Source: Eledone cirrhosa (taxonomy: Eukaryota). Taken from it: a stretch of 64,000 bases of DNA. The DNA lies in the NCBI GenBank assembly GCA_964016885.1, contig OZ024742.1, forward strand, positions 292,082,001 to 292,146,000, written 5' to 3'. Both the position numbers and the translations under genes were made by a program. Of this stretch, positions 1 to 12,354 are shown in pieces; the stretch's first letter is position 1, and each line of letters starts with the position of its first letter. The notes below the pieces were generated by a model, which saw only the letters and a program-made list of their open reading frames with translations, ran no database searches and had not been told where the DNA came from.

Positions 1-162
1 ATACATTACTATCTATGTAAATATCTATAAGCCTCTTAAAGAAGTTTGCTAATATATTGCAATAGTTACTGCCAGATCAATTGTTGGGTAAGTTTTACAC
101 AAGAGAAACATAGTGTCTTTAATTTAGATAAGATTCTCACCTTTTTAACTGTCACATGATAT

Positions 163-163
<1 letters not shown>

Positions 164-206
<43 letters not shown>

Positions 207-255
207 ATACTACTACTAGCACCACCACCAACACTACCACTTCCACCACCACCAT

Positions 256-315
<60 letters not shown>

Positions 316-510
316 CACTACTACTACTACTACTATCTCTGCTGCTGTTGCTGCTATAACAATATCACTGCTTTAGTTGTCATATGATTTTTGCAACAAT
401 AGCTACAACAACAACAGCCACCGCAGCAATAACAGCAACAACAACAACAATAAAATGTACTACAACACCACCACCACCACTACCACCGTCACAATCACCA
501 CCATCATCAT
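164..510. repeat. (CTA)n / (ACA)n / (ACC)n trinucleotide microsatellite block
   Basis: Directly visible; explains the poly-Leu ORF 156..359. Confidence 0.95.
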
Positions 511-1317
511 GTACAGTTAAATTAAATTAAGGGAAATGTGAAAGTTCAATCCAGTGATGTTAGTGCAAGAAAGTAACTGGGGATATTACGTAAACAATAA
601 CAATAACAACAACAATAAACATAGTTAAATGTTCCTTGAGATCAAACCTCTTTATAATTTTATTTCCTAATCTTTAACTCTTATTTCGAAAATCTTAGGC
701 AGTGTTTTTCATAATAAATATGGTCATGAAAAGGTTAAAATGTTTATATTTATCTAAAAACATACCATCATAATTTTATGTAAGAACCTTTGTTAAGTTA
801 TATTCCAAATACCTGTTTAACCATTTAGCATTTAAACCAGCTGTATTTGATAGGAATTCTCTCATCTCTTTTTGTTCAAACCGGGTGTAACTGGCTGCTC
901 ATACTTACGTTAAGGTATTGTTCTCAAAATAAATAACATCAAAATCTTGTAGATTCAATATTATGTGAGATAATTACGTAAGATAAAGCCTTTACTATTA
1001 AATATAGAATAATGTAAATATTAATGAGTTAATAATGAGAAAGTTAATTATATGAGTAAACCCTTTCAAATGTTTGATTATTTAAAACATTATTTGAAAA
1101 TCATAGGGAATGTCCTGAAAGGGGGTGCCCAAGTATGGCCTCAGACGGGTGGCTGGAACAGGTTAAAAAATAAAAGAATGTCTTTCATTTGAAACATGGT
1201 ATTCAGTTTATATAAGACAAAATCTAGCTGTTATTTACATGTGAAATTTTAATAAAAATTGGTTCAAATATTTCAAGGTTGTTCAATTTGTCTGTCAATA
1301 TTACTATTTATTATTAA

Positions 1318-1517
1318 GGGCAATAGATTGGCAGAATTAATTAACAGTCAGATAAAATGCCATTGAGTGTTTGTTTCAAATCCCGCCGAGGTTAGCTTTG
1401 CCTTTCATCCTTACAGGGTCAATAAAATAAAGCACCAGTAATGCACTGGGGTCGATTTAATTGACTTTCTCCTACCCTTCAAATTTCTGGCTTTGTGCCT
1501 AAAGTAGAAACAATTAT
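1318..1517 (+). mobile_element. tRNA-derived SINE, family 1 (diverged, long subtype)
   Basis: B-box-like TTCAAATCC, central TTTGCCTTTCATCCTTACAGGGTCAATAAAATAAAGCACCAGT and 3' GTGCCTAAAGTAGAAACAATT, shared with more than ten other copies in the window. Confidence 0.85.
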
Positions 1518-1519
1518 TG

Positions 1520-1710
1520 ATTCCCAGACCGGGCGATGTGTAAATGTCCTTGAGCAAGACACTTTATTTCACATTGCTCCCTCTGCCTGGATTTGTGACT
1601 GACAGATAGTATTAGCAATTGGAAAGACCAATGGAAACATTGTTTCCTTGGTCCAATTTGATGAGCTCCACCCCACTCGTTAAGCGAATGAGGTCTGGGA
1701 TCTTGTTGAT
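1520..1710 (+). mobile_element. 5'-truncated CORE-type SINE
   Basis: TGTCCTTGAGCAAGACACTTTATTTCACATTGCTCC matches the central domain of the copies at 8650, 15898 and 42871; the downstream part differs. Confidence 0.7.
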
Positions 1711-1861
1711 AGACTGTTGATATATATATATATGCACACACACACATATGTACATATATATATAATATAAATGAAAATAGAGAAATTAATGTGAGCAAGA
1801 AGCCAACAGTATTTCATAATATATATAAGTGACTATAATCAAATTGGAAAATAATTAACGT

Positions 1862-4165
1862 AAGAACGGGGGGAGCAGGGTACATTACATAGAGACCAAG
1901 AGGGAAGCTAGGCGACAAGTATACTTAGCTAGGAGGGAAGCAGAGGATAGAAAATTCAAGCATGTTTTACAACGTGAGGACCAGAAACAGGAGGTATTCA
2001 AGATTGCGAGGCAGTGTGTCAGAGATAGTTGTGATGTCATTGGAGAGAAGTGTATCCGGAATGATAAAGGTGAGCTTGCCCTCACAAGTGCTGAGAAGAA
2101 AGATGCATGGAAGAGTCATTATGATAGATTACTAAATGAGGAGAATGCATGGGAAGAAGAGACCCTACCCCACGTAGACCCTATAGAGGGACCAGCAGTA
2201 CAAGTCAGCGGCAGCGTAGTAAGTAAGGCAATCAGAGATATGAAGGTAGGGAAGGCAACCGGTCCATCGGGTATAGCTGCCGAGATGCTGAAGGCATCTG
2301 GGTCTGTAGGTCATACTATAACCACACGTATCGTTAACCAGGTAATACTAGAGGGGGCCATACCAAAAGATTGGTGCAGTAGCATCATTGTCAACTGCTA
2401 CAAAGGTAAAGGCGATGCACTAGATAGAGGAAACTATAGAGGTATAAAGTTGATGGACCAGGTCATGAAAGTAACAGAAAGAGTTATAGCACAGCTGATT
2501 AGGGACCGGGTGAATATAGACGAGATGCAATTTGGGTTTGTACCAGGGAAAGGCACCACTGATGCGCTCTTCCTTGTGAGGCAATTACAGGAAAAGTACC
2601 TAGCTAAAAGTAAGCCACTCTACTTGGCATTTGTCGACCTTGAGAAAGCCTTTGACAGAGTTCCACGTGCAGTAATCTGGTGGGCTCTTAGAAAACTAGG
2701 AGTAGATGAATGGCTTGTGAAAGCGGTACAAGCCATGTATAGGGGAGCAGTCAGCAAAGTTAGGATTGGCAATGAGTATAGCGAGGAATTTAGCGTACAG
2801 GTTGGGGTCCACCAGGGCTCTGTTCTTAGCCCTCTCCTGTTCATCATAGTCCTGCAGGCAATAACGGAGGAGTTTAAGACCGGATGCCCATGGGAACTCC
2901 TGTATGCTGATGACCTCGCACTCATAGCTGAATCTATGGTAGAACTAGAGAATAAATTCCAAACCTGGAAGCAGGGACTAGAGAGAAAGGGCCTCAAAGT
3001 CAACATGACAAAGACTAAGGTCCTTATAAGTAGACGAGAAAACAGAACCCAGATCCCCTCAGGGAAATGGCCTTGCTCAGTATGTAGGAAAGGTGTAGGT
3101 AGGAACTCCATTCTTTGCCCCAAATGCAAACAATGGGTACACAAGAGATGTAGCGGGATCTCAGGAAGCTTAATTAAGAATGTAGGATTCACATGCAGCA
3201 GCTGTGCTGAAACAGCAAGCAAACAGCCACAGGAAACAAGTACCACCAATCTCTGGGAGGGCCCTGTAGAAACAGTAGACAGCTTCTGCTACCTAGGTGA
3301 CCGAATTAGCAACGGAGGTGGGTGCTCAGAAAGTACAATAACTAGGGTAAGAACGGGTTGGAAGAAGTTTAGGGAACTACTACCACTGCTAGCTGCAAAA
3401 GGCTTCTCCCTCAGAATGAAAGGCAGACTGTATGATGCGTGTATCCGAACAGCGATGTTGCATGGTAGTGAGACCTGGGCGCTGAAGGTGGAAGACTTAC
3501 GTAGATTAGAGAGAAACGAAGCCTGCATGCTCCGATGGATGTGTAACAGTAATATACGTGAACGACAAAGCATAAATGAATTGAGAGAGAGACTGAGCAT
3601 AAGAGGAATCAAATGCTGCGTGCAGGAGAGGCGGTTACGCTGGTATGGACATGTGATGCGTATGAAGGATGACAGCTGCATAAAAAGGTGCAGAGCACTA
3701 GAAGTTGATGGAAACCGCGGAGTGGGGAGACCCAAGATGACTTGGGATGAGGTGATAAAAGCCGACCTTACCCAACTACACCTCTCAAAGTCAATGACAC
3801 ACGACCGTGACTTCTGGCGTCACGCAGTAATACAGGGTACCCGACCTCCCATGGGTACATGCTGAAGCATATAAACAATATGCCCCCCCCCCCAAGGTGG
3901 TCGTGGAGGTGCCACGGCAAAAAAAGCACCCAGCCCACACTGTAAAGTGGACGTGTAGGCGCCACGAAAAAGCACCCAGCACTCACTGTAAATGAGGTTG
4001 GTGTTAGGAAGGGCATCCAGCTGTAGAAATCAAGCCAGATCAGTTCCTGTATGAGCAAGGCATGGTCAGCCGACCAGACACTGCCCACAACAGGACAACC
4101 CGTCTAACCCATGCTAGCGTGGAAGAACGGACGTAAAACGGTGATGATGATGATGATGATGAAGA
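1862..4165 (+). mobile_element. RTE-clade LINE family A, 5'-truncated young copy (RT + PHD-type finger; ORF 2240..3865)
   Basis: FVDLEKAFD, QGSVLSP and YADD motifs; (GAT)n tail; almost identical to 40284..42588; candidate TSD GGAAAATAATT at 1846-1856 and 4170-4180. Confidence 0.95.
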
Positions 4166-4250
4166 TGTGGGAAAATAATTCAAACTCAATAAAAAAAAAA
4201 TCAAGAGAGAGATTTTATCCACAGATTTTGTGAAATCCAATATATATATA

Positions 4251-5650
4251 TCATCATCATCATGATCACCGTTTTACGTCCGTTCTTCCACAATAGCATG
4301 GGTTAGATGGGTTGTCCTGTTGTGGGCAGTGTCTGGTCGGCTGACCATGCCTTGCTCATACAGGAACTGATTTGGCTTGATTTCTACAGCTGGATGCCCT
4401 TCCTAACACCAACCTCATTTACAGTGAGTGCTGGGTGCTTTTTCGTGGTGCCTACACGACCACCTTGCAGTGGGAGGGTGTGGGGGCATATTGTCTATAT
4501 GCTTCAGCTTGTACCCATGGGAGGTCAGGTACTCTGTATTACTGCGTGACGCCAGAGGTCACGGTCGTGTGTCATCGCCTTTGAGAGATGTAATTGTGTA
4601 AGGTCGGCTTTTATCACCTCATCCCAGGTCTTCTTGGGTCTCCCCACTCCGTGGTTTCCATTGCCTTCTAGTGCTCTGCACCTTTTTATGCAGCTGTCAT
4701 CCTTCATACGCATCACATGCCCATACCAATGCAACCGCCTCTCCTGCACATAGCATTTTATTCCTCTTATGCTCAGTCTCTCTCTCAATTCATTTATGCT
4801 TTGTCGTTCGCGTATATTACTGTTACACATCCATCGGAGCATGCAGGCTTCGTTTCTCTCTAATCTACGTAAGTCTTCCACCTTCAGCGCTCAGGTCTCA
4901 CTACCATGTAACATTGCTGTTCGGATACACGCATCATACAGTCTGCCTTTCATTTTGAGGAAGAAGCCTTTTGCAGCTAGCAGTGGCAGTAGTTCCCTGA
5001 ACTTCTTCCATCCCGTTCTTACCCTAGTTATTGTACTTTCTGAACACCCACCTCCGCTGCTAATTCGGTCACCTAGGTAGCAGAAGCTGTCTACTGTCTC
5101 TACAGAGCCCTCCCAGAGATTGGTGGTACTTGTTTCCTGTGGCTGTTTGCTGCTAGCTGTCCCAGCACAGCTGCTGCATGTGAAGCCTACATTCTTAATT
5201 AAGCTTCCTGAGATCCCGCTACATCTCTTGTGTACCCATTGTTTGCATTTGGGGCAGAGAATGGAGTTCCTACCTACACCTTTCCTACATACTTGTTTCT
5301 ACTTTAGGCACAAGGCCAGCAATTACCCAGTGCATTACTGGTACTTTATTTTATCGACCCTGTAAGGATGAAAGGCAAAGTCAACCTCGGCGGGATTTGA
5401 ACTCAGATCGTAAAGGGACGTAACTATGCTTGAAAGCATGGCGTCCGACCCTCTACCGATACTGCCAATCCACCCTACATACTGAGCAAGGCCATTTCCC
5501 TGAGGGGATCTGGGTTCTGTTTTCTCGTCTACTTACAAGGACCTTAGTCTTTGTCATGTTGACTTTGAGACCCTTTCTTTCTAGTCCCTGCTTCCAAGTT
5601 TGGAATTTCTTCTCTAGTTCTACCATAGATTCAGCTATAAGTGCAAGGTC
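4251..5650 (-). mobile_element. RTE LINE family A, 5'-truncated copy interrupted by a SINE
   Basis: Minus-strand ORFs 4525..4881 and 5453..5668 match the family A C-terminus; (ATC)n tail at the left end; deletion in the 3' UTR. Confidence 0.93.
5294..5473 (-). mobile_element. SINE family 1 inserted in RTE, with TSD
   Basis: A-box TGGCAGTATCGG and B-box GAGTTCAAATCC on the minus strand; 10-bp TSD CCTACATACT at 5284-5293 and 5474-5483. Confidence 0.93.
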
Positions 5651-5666
5651 ATATATATATATATAC

Positions 5667-5713
<47 letters not shown>

Positions 5714-5715
<2 letters not shown>

Positions 5716-8290
5716 CATCATCATCATCATCGTTTAACGTCCATTTTCCACGCTAGCATGGGTTAGACGGGAATTGTCCGACTTGAGGCAAGATTGGTTG
5801 TCTTGCTCAAGACTGTCTGGCAGGTTTTCTACGGCTGGATGCCCTTCCTAACACCAACCACGTTTACAGTGTGGACTGGGAGATTTTTACCGTGTTACCT
5901 ACACGGCCACATTACAGCGTGGACTGTGTGTTTTTTTGTCGTGACACCTACACGACCTCATTTATTTAGGACTGGATGTTGTGGTACCAACATAGCTTTA
6001 CAAAGGGTGGTGGGGGTAGGGTTAGTGGGACGGGGGTGTATTTTGGTTAAGAGGTGCCTACTGACTGTAGGTTTTGCTTTGTACTCAGGCAAGGCGGGTC
6101 TTCTGTATTACTACGTAGCGCCAAAGATCTCGGTCCAGTGACATTGTCTAGGAGAGGTGTAAGTGTGTGAGGTCGGATTTTATCAAGTCGTCCCAGGTTT
6201 TTCTGGGTCTGCCTACTCCGTAGCTACCATCTATTTTGATCGCCCTGCATTTTTTTATACAGCTGTCATCTTTCATGCGCATCACATGACCATACCAACG
6301 TAGTCTTCTCTCGAGTAAACAGCATCTGATCCCTCTTATTCCTAATTTCTCATTTATGCTTTGCCGTTCGCGTATATTACTATTACACATCCAACGGAGC
6401 ATGCAAACTTCGTTTCTCTCCAGTCTGCGTAGATCCTCTGCACACAAGGCCCATGTCTCACTGCCACGTAACAAGGGCAGCCATGGGCAGCCAGTCTTTA
6501 ACTCCTCCGTTATAGCTTGGAGGGTAATAATAAATAGGAGAGGGTTAAGGACGGAGCCCTGATGAACACCAACTTTAACGCTAAACTCTTCACTATATTC
6601 GTTGTTAATTCTAACCTTGCTGACTGTTTCTTTATACATGGCTTGTATAGCTCTCACAAGCCATTCATCAACACCTAGTTTTCTAAGAGCCCACCAGATA
6701 ATGGAGCAGGGAACTCTGTCAAAGTCTTTCTCCAGGTCTACAAAAGCTAAGTAGAGGGGTTTACTTTTAGCTAGGTACTTCTGTAGTTGTCATACAATGA
6801 AAAGAGCGTCTGTGGTACTTTTACCTGACACAAACCCGAACTGCATTTCATCTAGATCAATTCTCTCTCTGATTAGTTGCGCTATTACTTTTTCTGTGAC
6901 CTTCATGACCTGGTCAATTAATTTAATGCCTCTATCGTTTCACCTATCTAGGGCGTCTCCTTTACCCTTGTAGCAGTTAATGATGATGCTGCTACGCCAG
7001 TCCTTTGGTACGACCCCATTCTGTATAACTTGGTTTACTATCCGGGTGACCATAGTGTGTCCCACCATTTCAGATGCTTTCAGCATTTCAGCAACTATTT
7101 CCGAAGGCCCGGCCGCCTTGCCCGTCTGCATATCTTTGATTGCCTTACTTATTATACTACCTTCAACTTGCACTACTGGTCCCTCTATTGGATCGATGTG
7201 GGGGAGGCTGTCTTTCTCCCATTTATTCTCCTTATTTAGTAGCCTTTCGTAGTGACACTTCCAAGCTACCTTCTTATCAGCGTCAGTGATGCGAAGTACA
7301 CCATTATCATTACGGACACATTTCTCCCCGACAATATCACGGTTCTCCTTGACACATTGTCTAGCAATCCTGAACACCTCACGTTTTTGGTCCTCGCGTT
7401 GTAGAACATGCTTGAACTTTCTTTCCTCTGCTTCTCTTCTTGCGAAGTACACATGTCTCCTAGCTTCCCTCCTGGCCACTTGATAGTCTTCTCTACTTCC
7501 CCCATCCTGCCATACTTTCCAAGCCTGCTTTTTGGCCTTGATCGACTCCTCCACCTTACTGTTCCACCACCAAGTTACTTTCCTCCTGCCTATAGGTCTG
7601 TTCCAGCCACAGATTTCATCTGTCACCTTCAGCAGGTTAGCTTTCAGGAATTCCCACTGTTCCTCTATATTGTATGACTCTAATTGCTCTTCCTTACTGT
7701 CAAAAGCATCAAGTAATATGCTTTTAAATTTATTACTGGCTGTGGGGTCCTTTAACTTCCATATTTTTCTCTTAAGGATAGTCCTCCTCTGTTGTCGAAT
7801 ACGTCTCGTCCTGACTATGAGGTCGCTAACTATGAAGCTATGTTGGGAGGTGCATTCTTCATGGGGGAGTAATTTAGTGTTTACAACAGACACTCTGTCT
7901 CATCTTCTGGTAAGGATATAATCTATCTGACTGGCATGTTCCCCTGATCTATAGGTGATCAAGTGATTGTCTCGTTTTTTGAAGTTTGTGTTACGGATAG
8001 TTAGATTATTTGCGTCACAGAATTCCAGGATTCTGGAGCCTTCCTCATTTCTAGTACCAAACCCATAGCCTCCATGGATTTCGTCATAGCCATCACAGTG
8101 ACCATTTAGGTCACCAGCAATAATTATATAGTCACTGTCGGTTATTTGGGAGGTAATGAGCATTAACGACTCATAGAATTCTGTCTTTTATAATGCCAGG
8201 CAGTCCGGGTTGGGGTACATACGCAGATATTATTGTCCCAGTAGTCTATTGAGGACAAGTCTTATTTTAATTATTCTGTTGTTCACTCTA
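5714..8290 (-). mobile_element. RTE LINE family B, decayed, 5'-truncated in APE, internal deletion of YADD-PHD-thumb
   Basis: ORFs 7900..8163 (AGDLNGH, HLITY), 6940..7893 and 6148..6657, in which GCPW is joined almost directly to RGSETW; (ATC)n tail. Confidence 0.93.
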
Positions 8291-8649
8291 TTTATTTTTT
8301 TCATGTAGATATAGATATATAGATACACACTATATATACACTAATATGCAGGCACAAATGCATTTGATTTATTACCCCCTTGTCACCTACAGAGAATCTA
8401 GTAAATGTAACAGCTTAATTAAGTTATTAATTAACATTTGATATCTTTCAATGGGTCTCATTTTAATTGGCTGATTGGCTGTCAATGTCACACTAGTAAT
8501 GTGGATTTGACACCAGGTGGAGTCACTTTCTCAATATCAAAGTGAATTGAACTTCTACAGAGAATCTAATACATTATTGATTATTGATTTTATTGTCTCA
8601 CACTCACACACACACATATATATATATATGTATATATATAGAGAGAGAT

Positions 8650-8990
8650 GGAGGCACATGACTTAGTGGTTAGAGCATTGGCCTTGCAATCGAAAGGTTG
8701 TGAGTTCAATTCTCAGACTGGGTGATGTGTTGTTTCCTTGAGCAAGACACTTTATTTCACATTGCTCCAGTTTACTCAGCTGGAGAAATGAGATGATGGG
8801 GACTGGGGTCCATATGATTCCACTGCAAAATGGTCGTGGAGGTGCCACGGCAAAGAAGCACCCAGCACTCACTGTAAATGAGGTTGGTGTTAGGAAGGGC
8901 TGTAGAAATCAAGCCAAAATCAGTTCCCGTCCCACCCTTGCAAGCAGGGAAAAAGCGGACGTAAACTGAAATGATGATGAAATGATGATG
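8650..8990 (+). mobile_element. Full-length CORE-type SINE with tRNA-like head and RTE-A-derived 3' tail
   Basis: A-box TGACTTAGTGG and B-box GAGTTCAATTC; CORE-like TTTCCTTGAGCAAGACACTTT...CTCAGCTGGAGAAATG; 3' part GGTCGTGGAGGTGCCACGGCAAA...GGTGTTAGGAAGGGC shared with the RTE-A 3' UTR; (GAT)n tail. Confidence 0.88.
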
Positions 8991-9004
8991 ATATATATAT
9001 ATAT

Positions 9005-9392
9005 ATATAAAATCAAAAGATGGTTAAAAGAGTTCCATGTTTTTTATTATGTGCATTTCAAAAACAAATATCATCATGGGATGATATTTGCGTTCTCATC
9101 AGATAAAATAGGGAGACATGATATGAAGCTTAAAAAACACACTGTTAAATCAACACACTGCTCACAGGTGTTTTTTAAGCTTCATATCATGTCTCCCTAT
9201 TTTATCTGATGAGAACTCAAATATCATCCCATGATGATATTTGTTTTTGAAATGTGCATAATAAAATACATGGAACTCTTTTAACCATCTTTTGATTTTA
9301 TATTATTTATACTCCAGTCCTATAAACTGTTGAGTGCTACTTATCCGATATTTGCATTGCTTTATTGTGCTACAATAAAACTCACCTCATAC
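9005..9392 (+). mobile_element. Miniature non-coding fold-back element (PLE-like ends) with hammerhead motifs
   Basis: 136-bp inverted arms 9005-9140 / 9168-9303, 27-nt spacer, ~90-nt unpaired extension, (TA)n on both sides. Confidence 0.8.
9198..9268 (+). ncRNA. Type I hammerhead ribozyme motif (mirror copy 9040..9110 on minus strand)
   Basis: TATTTTAT-CTGATGA-[GAACTCAAATATCATC CCAT GATGATATTTGTTTTT]-GAAA-TGTGCA-TA-ATAAAATA: 8-bp stem I, intact core, 11-bp hairpin in stem II, near-palindromic stem III. Confidence 0.8.
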
Positions 9393-9407
9393 ATATATAT
9401 ATATATA

Positions 9408-9449
<42 letters not shown>

Positions 9450-9490
9450 GAAAGTAAAACAAAGAAGCCTTCAATACATCAAAAGTCTTT

Positions 9491-9536
9491 ATTAGCCAAC
9501 AATGTTTCATCCTATTAAGGACTCATCAGGCCAATT
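9491..9536 (-). ncRNA. Minimal type I hammerhead motif
   Basis: Minus strand reads ATTGGC-CTGATGA-GTCC TTAATA GGAT-GAAA-CATTGTTG-GCTAAT; canonical core and stem II; stem III and cleavage site are irregular. Confidence 0.72.
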
Positions 9537-10121
9537 AAAACAACAAGAAGTAATGTCGGCAGATACAAGCCGGAAGCTCCGAAGAATATGGAGTGTACAT
9601 ACACTAAAGTATTGCAAGATTATGGGTAAAAATATATAATAAAAATAATAAAAATATATAATAAAAATTACTAAGGATGTATATAACATTAAGAACCATA
9701 TTACAAATATAGTCCAAAGCAAAAAAAACCTAGAGCTAAACAAAGGTGGTTATATAGATCAGGAATTATATATAATACAATGTAATATAATATATTATAC
9801 CTTTACCAATATTAAAATTACAATAAAAATCAAAAGGTACAATATGCATATGTATATATGTACGCACACGTACACACACATACACATACAACAATACACA
9901 TATCCATCTTCAACTGCACAAATTAAACCTTATTAAGAGTTTGAATATAAAAAGTTTGAATATAAAAATAAGCATGATAGGAATGAAAATAATAATAATA
10001 ATAATACTAATACATCTACCCAATATACATGAGGTAATAATATGATATAATTATAAGTATCACATATAATAAATAATGAACAATACAATTATATACTATA
10101 TAATATAATAGAATAGAATAG

Positions 10122-12354
10122 GCTTCTAAATGAGGAGAACAAATGGGAGAAAGACAGTCTCCCCCACATCGACCCAATAGAGGGACCAGCAGTGTTAGTC
10201 CAGGGTAGTACAATAAGCAAGGCAATCAAAGATATGAAGACTGGTAAGGCGGCTGGTCCTTCGGAAATAGTTGCTGAGATGCTGAAGGCATCTGGTTCGG
10301 TGGGACACACCATGGTCACCCGGATAGTTAACCAAGTCGTACAGAATGGGGTTGTTCCGAAGGACTGGCGTAGCAGCATCATCGTTAACTGCTATAAGGG
10401 AAAAGGAGATGCCCTAGATAGGAGTAACTATAGAGGCATTAAATTAATCGACCAGGTCATGAAGGTCACGGAAAAAGTAATAGCGCAACTAATCAGAGAG
10501 AGAATTGATCTAGATGAAATGCAGTTCGGGTTTGTGTCAGGCAAAAGTACCACAGACGCTCTTTTCATTGTACGACAACTACAGGAGAAGTACCTAACTA
10601 AAAGTAAACCCCTATACTTAGCTTTCGTCGACTTGGAGAAAGCCTTCGACAGAGTCCCCCGTTCCATTATCTGGTGGTCTCTTAGAAAACTAGGTGTTGA
10701 CGAATGGCTTGTGAGAGCTATACAAGCCATGTATAAAGAAACAGTCAGTAAGGTTAGAATTAACAACGAATATAGTGAAGAGTTTAGCGTAAAAGTTGGT
10801 GTCCATCAGGGCTCTGTCCTTAGCCCCCTACTATTTATTATTGCCCTTCAGGCTATAACAGAGGAGTTCAAGACCGGCTGCCCATCGGAACTCCTATACG
10901 CAGATGATCTAACGCTCATAGCTGAATCAATGACCGAACTAGAGAAGAAATTCCAAACATGGAAGCACGGCCTAGAATCAAAAGGCCTTAAAATTAACCT
11001 GGCTAAGACAAAAGTTCTAGTTTGTAGGAAAGAAAATATGACGGCAGTCCCATCTGGGAAATGGCCATGCTCAGTGTGTAGGAAAGGCGTAGGTAGAAAC
11101 TCCATTTTATGTCCCAAATGCAAAGTATGGGTGCATAAAAGATGTAGTGGGATCACAGGTAAGCTAACTAAGAACATAGATTTTACATGTGGCCGGTGCT
11201 CTGGTGCAATAAGTAGCAGCAAGTGCCCACAAAATACTAGCTCCTTCAACTGCGCAGAGGGTTCTATAGAAATAGTGGACAGCTTCCGTTACCTGGGTGA
11301 CAAAATCAGCAGTGGGGGAGGGTGCTCTGAAAGTACAGTAGCTAGAGTCAGAACTGGATGGAAAAAGTTCAGAGAGCTTATACCACTATTAGCCGCTAGA
11401 GGGTTCTCCCTAAAAATGAAAGGCAGGTTATACGATGCCTGCATACGAACAGCAATGCTGCATGGCAGTGAGACCTGGGCATTGTGTGCAGAGGATATAC
11501 GCAGACTAGAGAGGAACGAAGCTTGCATGCTCCGCTGGATGTGCAATAGTAATATACGTGAACGGCAAAGCATAAACGAACTAAGGAAAAAATTAGAAAT
11601 AAGAGGGATCAGATGTTGTTTACTCGAGAGAAGGCTACGTTGGTACGGTCACGTGATGCGCATGAAAGACGACAGCTGTATAACAAAGTGCAGGGCAATA
11701 AAGATAGACGGTAGCCACGGAGTAGGCAGACCCAGAAAAACATAGGACGAGCTGATAAATTCCGACCTCACACGCTTACACCTCTCCAAGACAATGTCAC
11801 TGGACCGAGACCTTTGGCGGTACTCAGTAATAGAGAAGACCCGCCTTACCTAAATACAAAGTAAAAACCTACTACAGTCAGTAGGCATCTCTATCAAACC
11901 CCCCCGTCCCACCACCTCCACCCCATCCACACCGCCCCTTTCAATGTACAGTTATGTTGGTCCCACAACATCCAGGCCGAAACAAATGAGATCGTGTAGG
12001 TGTCACGACAAAAAACACACAGTCCACGCTGTAAATGTGGCCGTGTAGGCAACACGGTAAAAACCTCCCAGCCCCACACTGTAAATGTGGTTGGTGTTAG
12101 GAAGGGCATCCAGCTGTAGAAAACCCGCCAGACAGTCCACGCTGTAATGTGGCCGTGTAGGCAACTCGGTAAAAACCTCCCAGCCCCACACTGTAAATGT
12201 GGTTGGTGTTAGGAAGGGCATCCAACTGTAGAAAACCCGCCAGACAGTCCTATGCGAGCAAGACAACCACTCTTGCCTCAAGTGGGAAAACCCCCGTCCA
12301 AACCCATGCAAGCGTGGAACACGGACGCTAAACCTGATGATGATGATGATGATG
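10122..12354 (+). mobile_element. RTE LINE family B, 5'-truncated (ORF 10192..11745, premature TAG near C-terminus)
   Basis: YADD RT and C4HC3 finger; ~115-bp tandem duplication in the 3' UTR (about 12020-12250); (GAT)n tail. Confidence 0.95.

Noticed and set aside
156-359. Poly-Leu ORF and the many IYIY, poly-His, poly-Met and CVCV ORFs across the window
   Set aside because: Translations of microsatellites.
2620-3735. Recurrent antisense ORFs over RTE copies (also 10428-11573, 41042-42034 and others)
   Set aside because: Shadows of the sense ORF; no motifs, and their lengths vary between families.
8650-8725. tRNA gene (also 42871-42945 and the SINE family 1 heads)
   Set aside because: A/B boxes present, but no proper acceptor stem, and each runs into SINE body sequence.
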